A DNA stretch of 64,000 nt. It comes from Proteromonas lacertae. Taxonomy: Eukaryota. The stretch spans positions 62,001-126,000 of the forward strand of contig NGBS01000589.1 in NCBI GenBank assembly GCA_002245135.1, read 5' to 3'. The notes beneath the pieces are model-generated. The model had not been told where the DNA came from and made no database searches. It worked only from the letters and a program-made list of their open reading frames with translations. A program made the position numbers and the translations under genes. Shown here in pieces: positions 52,618-64,000 of this stretch; within the stretch, counting starts at the first letter, position 1, and each line of letters starts with the position of its first letter.

Positions 52618-55600
52618 ATGGAAGAAGAATATTCAGGAAATGATTCTCAATTGTATTAGTTATTTCTTATTCTCTAAATAATAGTCAAAAAAATATCGTA
52701 AACGATGGCTTTTGTCATGTATGTTTTGTTGAGGACAGTCTTGAGCAAAATCCAATTGTTTTTTGTGATAATTGTAATGTGGCAGTTCACAAGGATTGTT
52801 ACTATATTGACATTATACCGGAAGGTAGTTGGTATTGTGATTTATGTAAATACATTATGGAAAATCCAAATACAGAAAAGCCAAGATGTTGTATTTGTAA
52901 TAAACTAGTATACACATAAGTTATTTATTATAATATAAATAGCCTGAACAAGATGCATTTAAAAGAACACAAGATGGTCGTTGGTGTCACGTTATTTGTG
53001 CAATAACATTAGTTGGTTCATTTTTCATTTCAAATGTTGAATGTCCAGTTATTGAACCAGCAGATCAAATAGCTAATGAAAGATTCGAATTACAATGTGA
53101 TATATGTGATGATCCACCCAAAGGAGCATGCTTACAATGTTATAATGAAAGATGTACAAAATCATTTCATCCAATCTGTGCATTTAAGTCGAATCGGTAT
53201 GAGAAAATTCCTGATGAATTATCTGATGGTGCTATATGTTGGAGGATTTATTGTCCAGCTCATAGAACAGATAGAGATTTAGTGATTAATGACAACAATG
53301 AACAGACGTTATGTATACCTCCTCCACAACCACAGCTACAACAAACAACAACAACAACAACATTACAAAATATATCAACTCCAACAGAATATTCAGTATT
53401 TAATAACAATTCAACAAATGATTTATCAACAACAACAACAGCTGTTGAAAATAGTGAAGTTTCTGTTACATCAATAACACCTACAACTACCTTATCACCT
53501 GAAGATATAGATTTATTATTAAAGAGATCACACGGCAGACCTTCAAAATATGGCCAGCCACCAAACATCAGTATGAATGATAGAAGTGTAATGTCCCAAT
53601 TAATAAGAGGTAGTTATCGATTATTCTATAAAGAACAGAACCTAATATATCCTCCACCAAATGACATAGTTGATAGATCAACGTATGAATTTACAATACA
53701 GAATAAATGGTTAGAAATCCCAGATTCAACAAAGAAAGAATATGAAGTGAAGTTTATAGAATCATTGAAGGAAAAGAAGAATAACATTGGTACTAGAACT
53801 AGACAAAATGCAGGTATTCGAAGAAATATTAGTGATTATTATATGTACAATAACAATGGATATGGGAATAATAATAATAATAATAATAATAATGAGAGAA
53901 GAAGAAGAGAAGGAAATATATCAAGTAATAGTAATAGAAATAACTCAAATTCTACTACAAATAATAATATATCAACTCCATCTTCTTCTTCTTCTAATAA
54001 TAATAATAATAACGAGAATATCCCTAATGTAACAATCAGTTGTGAAAGATTTCAGAATGAATATGTAAATCCATATTTTGATACTTCTCACTTGGATAAA
54101 TTAAAACACTTAGTAACTCCAGAGAATGATCCATTGTTCATTATTCCACCACTATCTAGCTGTTTTGCTGTGAATTCAGTATCTCAATATGAATTGCAGA
54201 ATAATACATCAAAATATCAGAGTAAAAGTTCAACTAATATGTTTTCAAGGATTATTAAGAATAATCAATTACCTCCTGCTCAATTGATGAAGAATACTTC
54301 AAATCAATTGAATATACAATCACCTACTACTACTACTGTTAATAATAATAACTATTTGCAACAACAACAACAACAACAACCATTACCACCTGTAGATTCT
54401 TCTACACAACAATTATTATTACAATCTACCACTAATAATAATGATAATAATAAATCTACAATACCAATAACAAATGTTCATTGTATTAATAATAATAATA
54501 CAGATATTGAACCAGATGATACAAATATTAAAGTTTTATTCACTGGTTTACACTCAATATCTTGTAATTATAGAATTAGACATACATATGCACCAAATCA
54601 TCTATTCAAAGATAGCATGTCAAACCCAAGACCAAGCCTAGATTTATCAATCAAATCTGATTGGAAGCCTTGTGATTTAATAACTGGTATTAGTTCTGAT
54701 CAATTAATGAGTTTAATGATTTATGAATATCAAAAGAATAAACATGTTACAGGAATTATTGATCAACCTGTCATACATCCAAATGAATGGTTAAAACCAT
54801 TAAAACCATTTAATTGGATAAAATTAGATGAGATGAAAGATGTAGATTGTAATAATGAAAATCAAGATTTATCATTATCATCAGAAATAGAAAATGAATT
54901 GAAAAACAAAATCAAATCCTTCAAAACATTGAATTCATCTTTACATGAACAATTCAAAAGATTACATCACATTGCTGAATCATGTCGTAAAGAAGAAAGT
55001 GAATTAAACTCCAACAATGCAACAGATCAATATTACCTACAGTATAGCACTTGGAAATCACTGTTTAATTCAATTAGTAATGGTGTAAAAGATAAAACAT
55101 TAGATCCTGAATTTGATGAATTACCTGCATCTTGGACAATACCTGTAGATGGAAGACCTTCTAAAGAAGAATGCGCTGAAAGAAATCCACCAGAAGAATT
55201 ATGTTCAATTTGTTTTCAATCATCAGTAACAGAATGGAATCCTTTAGTTATTTGTGATGGATGTGATATTTCATTTCATAGGAATTGTTATGGAATTGCC
55301 AATATTCCAGAAGGTTCATTTTACTGTGATGTATGCAGTGAAGTATTTAGTAAGAGAGCAAGGAGCAAATTTATGACAAATTTTGCTACAAATCCTGAAG
55401 CTGCAATTGAAACAGCAAAATCAAAGAAATATCCCCAATGTTTATTATGTGGATATAGTAATGGTGGTGCAATGAAAAAGACGAATAAAGGTGAATATAT
55501 TCATATTGTTTGTGCATTATGGATTCCTGATGTTTATATAAATGATAAAATATCAATGACAAATATTGAAGTTTCTCAAAATCTATTAAATTTTGTGAAT

Positions 55601-58600
55601 AAAAATAATGAAAAATATGATCCAAATATTCCTGCTGAATTATCTAATAATATAAGTAATAGTTATTTCATATATTATCCTGATACTACTTGCCATGTCT
55701 CTTATATATCATTGAAAGATCGATCTCAAGTCGTCAAATCAAACTATCCATCCTCCACTGTTGTATTTGCAAAATGTTCAATTTGTAATATTGCAAAAGG
55801 ATTATGTTATAAATGCAGTTGCAGTAATTGCAATAAATATTTCCATATATTATGTGCATGGCATAATGGAAATTATTTCGCTGTAAAATGTGGTGAAAAA
55901 GACAAAATTGGTTCTGAAAATATCATTTATGCAGGTGGCGGTAGAGGTCATCAATTTGAAATATATTGCATTAATCATTCTCCTAATTGTACAACACCTG
56001 AAGAAATCAAACAAAGGCAGGATATACAGAAGAAAAAGAGAGAAATAATTGGTAAACATCCACAACAATTCTATGATACAATTAATAAGTTTTATTTATC
56101 TAAAGCCAAATCTAAATCATCCTCTTCACTCTTACAGCAACAGAGAAGTTATGAAATTGATTATTACTATACTTCTTCTATTAAATATTCATCTTATTCT
56201 TCATATAATACTCCTGTCAGAAAGTTTAATCTTAGACAAGATAGTTATATTGAAGAACCAAAATCTTTACCTACAAATTTATATAAACAAAAAAGTAATA
56301 ATGTTCAAATTACTGCTAATCTACCACCTTCACCTCCATTCGTTCCTATTACAGGTGATGTTTATCCTGAAAAGACTTGTATGTGTTGCTTGTTTAGAGA
56401 TAATGCTGAATTAGTGGAATGTAAGAAATGTCATATTGTTGTTCATCCTGAATGTTATGGAATTCCTAGACAGTATAGAATAAAGAAGAGAATATTGAAG
56501 AAAGATACAGAAAAAAATAAAGAGAATAGGGAAGATAAAAATGATAATTCTACAATTGAAAAAACACCTGTAGAAGTGGTAGAAGGAGAGAATACATTTA
56601 TGGAAATTGAAGAAAATCATGATGCTGATTATGAAGTGAGAAAACAATTGTTTATATCACCTGAAAAGAATAATGAAGGAAATGAATCAAACCAGAATCA
56701 AACTCCAATACATCCAACTACTGTAATGGATATATTAAACTCAGTAGATAATAATCCAACTCCAAATACATTAATTCCATCTGAAACAACAACAACAAAC
56801 ATAAATACAGAAAATACAGAAAATACACTTAATACACAAGAAATACAAGATCTTAATACAGAGACTAAATCCCATACAAAAGGAAGGAAAAGGAAAGAAA
56901 AAGATAAGGAAGATGATTTATACACTGAAATAGAAGAAATAATTCCAGTCGATAAAGATAATTGGATGTGCGATGTTTGTAGAAATGATGTAGAAGATGC
57001 AATTTGCGTATTATGTCCACGATTAGGTGGTGCAATGAGATGTGTGAAAGATGATATTTATATGCACGTATTCTGCTCACATTCTAATAAACATGTCAAA
57101 TTAATAGCTAATGAAGTTGATGGTGGTTATTATATCGATATTAGAAGTTTACAGAAGAAATGGTTGGGATCAATATTATGCCCTTTATGCAATATGAGAT
57201 ATGGTCGACCAATCAATTGTTACTTAGAAAAGAATTGTCCAATAAGATATCACGCTTTATGTGCCTATTTCCATAAGAAAGCTGTGATTAATTTGATTGA
57301 CTATAACAAGGCGTGGATCTTGCAATTATACTGTAATGACCACATTCCTACTGATGTTATATTTAATAAGATTCAAAATAGATATATTGTTGTTTCTAAA
57401 CGAGAGGAATATTTGTCATTATTGGAGAAATACAATGTGTTTACCTGTGGAAATAATAATGTGGAGGAATGTTGTAAAGAAATGGACAAAATACAAAGTG
57501 ATTTAGAGAATGTTAAGAAAAGAGGTGAAAATAGAATTAATGAATTAATGAAAAGATATAAAGAAAGAATGGAATATGCATATAGAATTTATAATGAATT
57601 GAAAGAAAATAATAGAATCAAAATCAATAAGATATCCTGTATTCCTGACTATATATTAAATCATGAAGAAATTCCACCTGATATTCATAAGAAAACAAGA
57701 GCTTGGTTATTAGAAAATGGATCTGATGAATTGAAGAGTATAATTAAAAAGCAAGAAGCAGCTGAAAGAAAAAGACAGCAGAGAAGGGAGAAGAATAAAC
57801 AAAAGAAAGAAAAAAGCCAAAGAAAATCAACTTCATCATCATCATTATCATCATCAAAGACAGATTCTAATGATAATGAAAGTAATAATAATCCAAAAGA
57901 TAAAAAGAGAAGAAAATCAGAACCAATCAGTTTAAAACCAACAAGAATACAACCAAGTAGATTAGCTACTACAAAACCTATTAATAATAATAATAAAATA
58001 AGTGAAGAAAAGAGTGTAAGAAGGAGTAGTAGGGATCGAAGTGATGGTCGAAGTAGTGACAGGAATAGGAGAGATAGTAGGAGCAGAAGTAGAAGTGAAA
58101 GAAGAAGAGATAGAAATAGGAGAAAATCAAATATAATTGAAGATGATGATGATCAAGAAGAAGAAGAAGAATTGGATGAAGAGGAGAATGATTTATTAGA
58201 TGATAGTATTTTACAGGAAAGTAGAAGAAGCAGTAAATCAAAGAAGCAAAAAGTGAAAATAGAAGAAGAAGAAGAAGAAGATAATGATAATGATAATGAA
58301 GAAGAAATAGAAGAGGAAGAGATAGTGAAGGAAGAAAAAGAGAGTAAAAAGAGTAAAAATGAAAAGAATACAAACAAAAATAAGAATAAAAGAATATCAT
58401 TACCTAAAAACAAACAAAAACCAATAAAAGAAGAAAAAGAAGAAGAAGAAGAAGAAATTATTGAAAAAGAAAAAAGATCATCTACAAAAAGGAGAAATAG
58501 TAATAGTTTGTACGATGAAATGAAGGAATATCAGTTAATGAATTATTTAGATGAAGATATTGATGATGAAGAAGACAATAATGATGATGATGATGATGAA

Positions 58601-59476
58601 GATTTCATTATGAGAATAAGGAAGAGAAAGCGAAGAGCAACAACTGGAAGTATTAGTGAAACAGAAAGAGATGATGTGAAGAGGATAAAAAAAGAAAATG
58701 AGAAAGAAAAAAAGAAGAAGGTAGAGCAGGATGAAGAAGATGAATCTGTTATTGATAATACTAGAAATAGACAATCAATTAAGAATAAAAGTAAATCAAT
58801 TAAATCTAAAACTCCAAAAGAAAAAGAAAAGAATAAGATTAAAAGTAATAAAGAAGAAAATGAAGAAGAAGATAATAATGATGAAGAAAATAGTGAAGAT
58901 GAAGATGAGAAAATAATTACAAAAACATCAAAGAATAAAAACAATAAACCAAAATCTCAATCTGCAACAAATACTCCAAAGGAAGCAAAATCATCATCAT
59001 CATTAAGTGATATTAAATGTAAATCAGAAACAAAATACAATAGAAACCTTCGTAGTAAAACTCCAACAAAACCAAAACCAGAAAATTCTAGAAAATTCTC
59101 ACCTGAAAGAGAAAGAGAATTGGAATATATGAAAAATCATGAAACTAGTAAAGATAAATTCAGTGTAAAAAATTTAGTGAAAATACCCAATTTTAAAGAT
59201 AAAACATATACAAATGATGAATGTGGTGAAATTGAAAAGATATTTGATGATATGAGTGAAGATTTAAAAGATTCAACATTATGTGAAATTGTGAATGAAT
59301 ATTCAGTTAAATCTATTGAAAGGATGGGAAATGAGATTGAGAGTAATAGAAGTGATAATAACATCAATATATCAACTATTCCACCTATAAAGACATCTAC
59401 ACCTCGTTCAAATGCAAAATATTCTGAAAAAGGAGTTGATAAGGAGAGTAATAGTAATGATAATTCAAGTTTGTAA
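52618..59476 (+). CDS. Large chromatin protein with three PHD-Zn knuckle-PHD (PZP) modules (BRPF/Jade/AF10-like)
   Basis: CHVC..NPIVFCDNCNVAVHKDCY..PEGSWYCDLC; CSIC..NPLVICDGCDISFHRNCYG; CMCC..LVECKKCHIVVHPECYG. Each is followed by an ePHD (GAMK/DAFK..HxxCA). Confidence 0.88.
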
Positions 59477-60052
59477 AATACATTGTTGTTTTATGTTATT
59501 TTTTGTTATTGTAAATATATCCGTTTCAATATTGAAAATCGTTTTTTCTTAATGTATGATTATGCTAAAACGAAATTTATATTATAATCAACAAAATGTG
59601 ATGATAAATTATGATTTAACAACATTTATGGCAAATAGCTTAGTCATATTAACGAATTTGTTACATGAACATGTGTATTAAATACTATCAAGCTATATTA
59701 AACAATAAACAACATATTATATTGTAGTGATTGAAAATAGAGTGACTACATTAAACTAGAAAAGAATAAATCAATGAAGAGGTATTTACAACAATATGAA
59801 TATATGTTGATGGAATATTTCATTTAGTATGTTGTATAGTGCAGTATTCTATTCAGAATATAATCATGATTTATTACGAAGTAAGAAAAACCATTGAAAG
59901 AAGTAGATACAGATGTAATTAATACAAATATGGTATTAGAATATATAATATATAACTATATAACAAGAAAACGAAGAATAAAGAAAAGTTAACTTTTTTT
60001 CATCTTCCAATAGATTGATAGAATAAGAATTGAATATTTATTCTTTATAGAA

Positions 60053-61453
60053 ATGGTATATTTGATTGTTTATTTTATATAGAATAAGAAAATCTTGGTG
60101 TTATTATTTATTTTATTGTGTTTAACCTGTATATTTTTGTTTTAATGTGTGATAGATGGAATTGAAGAGAGAGAAGAAGAAGGTAAAATGGAAAATAAGA
60201 AAGAAATCAAAGAAAAGAGAGAGATGTTAGATGTAGAAGAAGAAAAAGATACTCCAGCAGATGAACCAGGTGATAAATCAAAACTAACAAGCGGTGCTTA
60301 CTTTGATTCATATCTATTACACTATGAATTAGATGATGGACCATATGGAACATATTACAAACCTATTTATGGTGATATTTGGATTATTGGAAATGAAATT
60401 ATTTTACATACAAAAATTTATTTTTCTATTAGTTTTATATTTTATTATTCAATGAAAAGAGAAGATAAAGGCGATTTTACTGAAATAAGTAATATAAAAT
60501 TTGAACCTGATAAAACATATGGATTTACTCATAGAGAAGAAGATCTAATAGAATTTAAAGAAAAGTATAACTTTGAAATAGAAATAAATAAACCATATTC
60601 TTTAGAAAAATGGTATGAATTAAGTTGTATTAGTGGTTTTATCGATCATTATCGAGGTTTATATTTAGAATCTTTACAATTGAATATAACAAAAGTATAT
60701 CAAAGAGGTTCAAAAGCATATATTGATGGAAAGAATAGTGTTGTTGAAGGAATAACTTATGATGATAAAACACTTCCAGATAAATATTATACTTCACAAG
60801 TAGTTGGTACAAGTGAGGAATATAATGGAAATATACATATAACAAGTTTTGGAGTGCTGAAAATAGATGATGATGGATATTTTTATGAAGCAGGAAATAT
60901 AGAAGCATATATATTACCAAAAACATTAGTAATATATACAAATTTGAGTTATGTAATTCATGATGAATTTACTGACATAATTGTAGTATTTGAATTTTCA
61001 ATAGAAAGAGAAGGAAATAGTATAATTGTTATTTAGTTATAATAAATAGAAATTACAAAAGTGAATGAATTTGATGAAGAGAGATTATTTGGATATGTTT
61101 CAAATCAACAAACTGCTGATTATTTAAATGATTCATTTAGTATTGTATTTGAAGTTAATAAGCCATATGATTACACTTACTGGACTTCTAAAGAAAATGA
61201 TTTGTCGTTAATGATAGAATTTATGAAACCATCTTATATTGATATAGGAAATAGATTAAAAGACAAACCATTCTATAAAAGAAATGGAAAGATATATGCT
61301 GAAGGAGTTGCATTTGTTGGTGAAGAATATAAAAGTAATAATTTACCTGATGATTTTGGTCCAACACTCTCTCCACTTGATGATGATAATATTTCTTCTC
61401 ATATTATAATGAATATGATGATATTAATAATGATAGTATTTTTATTATTATAA
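60053..61453 (+). CDS. Putative surface protein, paralogue of 33853-35227
   Basis: Same exon layout (ATG-only first coding exon), long identical stretches, tail IIMNMMILIMIVFLLL. Confidence 0.75.
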
Positions 61454-61541
61454 AATACATTCTATCTTATTATTTTTTGTTGTTGTATTTGCTTATTAAT
61501 TAAAAAAAATGAAAGAAAAAATAGATAATTATATTGTTGAA

Positions 61542-64000
61542 TTATTCTATTCGATGTTTTAAATATCTATAAATGAAACGAATTAATGAAACTACAAACA
61601 ATCCGACTATTCATATATATATATATATATATATATATAACAAATATACTAAAGCAATATTTCAACATCACATTCTCATATTCAACAGTATTCATTCCAC
61701 CAATAAATTGAACAGAATTAACAAACAAATATTGAGGTAAGCTGAACAATAAAATGGGAATTCTATTAATTAATAATTGAATAGATTCTAAATAATAATG
61801 ACAAAACTTCCACATATTTGAGAATAAATCCACACTATAATTTACATTACTATTTTCACTTTGACTTGAATGAACTCCCATTGAATTAGCTTTTTTTGGA
61901 TCAGCTAAAATAGTCATTAAAAATGTAAATAAATTAAAATGTGGTAATTCTTTATAAGAAACATATGCTCTGTGAATCTAAATAATAAAATAGAAAATAG
62001 TTTTTTATACCCATAACCACGTTGATGCAATTGATAATGGAATTATTGAAATTTGTTTTTTAATTGAATCATCATAAGCTTCGTCATAATATCTCTTCGC
62101 TAGTGGAAAATCTTGAACTGTACCTAAACCATATTCATACATAAAACCACTAATATAAATATATAAATAATAATATACAGATTATATTTTGCTTCAATTC
62201 CTTCATCACTAATTCCAGTCATTGAAACACTCATATAATATTGAAAAGACATACCAAAATTGACACTTACACCACATTCACCATAATAATAACAATCTCC
62301 TAACTTTAACAATGCTAAAATACTGTTCTGTTTACTGGCTAATTCTAATAGAGAAAGTGTAATATTTGCATACTATTCATAATGTATATATATATATATA
62401 TATATATATACATTGGTTTTATTATCATATTCACCCCCTAGAGTAAATCCTTTCATTATTAACCAAGCTGCATTACTTTCAGCTACTTCATAACCTTCAT
62501 TGGATAAGAATAAATATAATAATAATGAGAGACGATAATTACCTTCAACATAAGAATAATATGCTTTCTACAAAATAAAAATAAAAATAATAAACAACAA
62601 ACAACAACAATATACTTGTAATAACGATGAAGATTGTCCCATTTCACATATATTTTTAAATATCTGAACAGCTCTTTGACAATTCTTCGGTGTTCCCATT
62701 CCATATAATAACATATTACCTTGTTGATCCATTGCTGACAAATGCTGACGTACAGCACTCTGAGAAAAATACTTATAAGCTTGAATCCAATCTCTTTTAA
62801 CATAACTTCCATTCAAATATAATACACCTAAATTGTATAATGCTTCTGAACTCTTTTTAGAGGCTTTGTTTATATATTCTATTGCTTTAGTCGTATCTCT
62901 TTCTACTCCATATCCATTTAAATACATAAAGCCTAAGGCATTTAAACACGAAGTCTCATTCATTTCTTTTCCTTCATTTAATATTTCATATGCTTTATTA
63001 TAGTCTATTTCTTTACCTAATCCTTTTAAATACATTTTTCCTAAGAAATAATTGGCTTGATACAATCCATTCTAAGCATTAAAGAAATTAATATATAATA
63101 TACCTTTTTTGCTAATGTCAAATATTCAAATGCTTTTTTATAATCCTTAGAAGCACCTTTTATACCATAATAATAATATTGACCAATTATCAATTGTGCA
63201 TTTTTTTCTCCCATATGAGCCCTATGTTCTAGGTAATATATCATATCCTGCTCTTCACTTTGTGAATGTAATCTCTCGTTATTACTGAATTTATGCTTGT
63301 CGTAAGGAATGGAATTTCCATCTATGTACATATCAGCTGCATAATGTGCTGCTACACGGTAATAAGATGCTGACGTTTCACATGATTTATTGACGGTAAT
63401 ACCTTCATGGTATTTATATCCTAATATCATATTAGCTGAAGGATCTCCTCCTAAAGCTGCAAAGTAGAAGTATAACATTGATTTTTCATGATTTCTAGGG
63501 AAACCCATTATACCGTAATGGTAACTATTATAACAATAGTAAATATAGAAATATACAAGTGACCAATGTATCTTTGTGCTGTACTATTCCCATATTTTGC
63601 AGATTTATTAAAATATTCTACAGCTAAAGTGTCATTTATTATATTAGCTTCTCCATATATATAAATCTCTCCTAATTCACAATAGGAAGCACCTACATAG
63701 TGACCTTCACCTTTAGTTGATTCTTGAAAGTGTTTAATAGCTAAATCTATATTGGGATTTTCTTTGTGTCTAGTGCTTTATAAAAATCAACAAATATACC
63801 TTTGCAGATATCCAAGTTCATAATTTTGCTTTGCATATTTGAATTCTGATGTTTCTAGAATTAAGATTAATAAATAATGAATAATACCTTCAGAATTTGA
63901 TCCACTTGTGTCTTCTTCTGCTAAAATAGTGTCTAAAATGATAAATGCATGTGATAGATACTAATTAACAAAAGAACCAAACAAAAGTATGCAGCTGGCT
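61542..64000 (-). CDS. SEL1L: SEL1L/HRD3-like Sel1-repeat ERAD protein; start lies just beyond the window end
   Basis: Many Sel1 repeats (LYFYFAALGGDPSANMILGYKYHEG..SCETS..YY; LKLGDCYYYG). Signal-like segment at the window edge and a C-terminal TM helix after splicing. Confidence 0.85.

Noticed and set aside
57981..59367. Antisense and alternate-frame ORFs rich in F/L/S/I/Y (also 42337-45233, 32612-33146, 25238-25674)
   Set aside because: These are shadows of low-complexity or coiled-coil coding sequence on the other strand or frame, with no motifs.
1..64000. Genes lacking a genomic stop codon (poly(A)-created stops)
   Set aside because: Every gene whose 3' end could be reconstructed has an encoded stop at a plausible position.

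Overview
Very AT-rich, gene-dense eukaryotic nuclear DNA, standard genetic code, with many very short GT-AG introns (mostly ~26-40 nt) and intergenic gaps often under 150 bp. The intron size and a TGTTTGTT motif behind several stop codons suggest a Blastocystis-like stramenopile; this is inference, not verified. About 30 genes were reconstructed by manual splicing. Housekeeping genes include SdhB, SmE, Tctex-1, CysRS, a MAK kinase, MetAP1, SEL1L/HRD3 and FAM184. Lineage-specific families include five EF-hand-like paralogues, two class-3 lipases and three related surface proteins. The most unusual features are: (1) a TPR gene built from nine exactly 111-nt phase-0 exons that are mosaics of each other; (2) a non-coding ~270-bp near-perfect inverted repeat with promoter-like motifs in its spacer; (3) a recurrent GGCTTG(A) element 30-80 nt upstream of start codons; (4) a disrupted Crinkler/RHS-type double P-loop gene; (5) a DHHC palmitoyltransferase with ankyrin repeats inside its catalytic loop; (6) a BIN4-like topoisomerase VI subunit; (7) a stand-alone I29 protease inhibitor; (8) a bacterial-like tandem metallo-beta-lactamase-fold gene. 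No rRNA, tRNA, CRISPR array or intact transposon was recognised. CDS coordinates span introns and have no transcript support.
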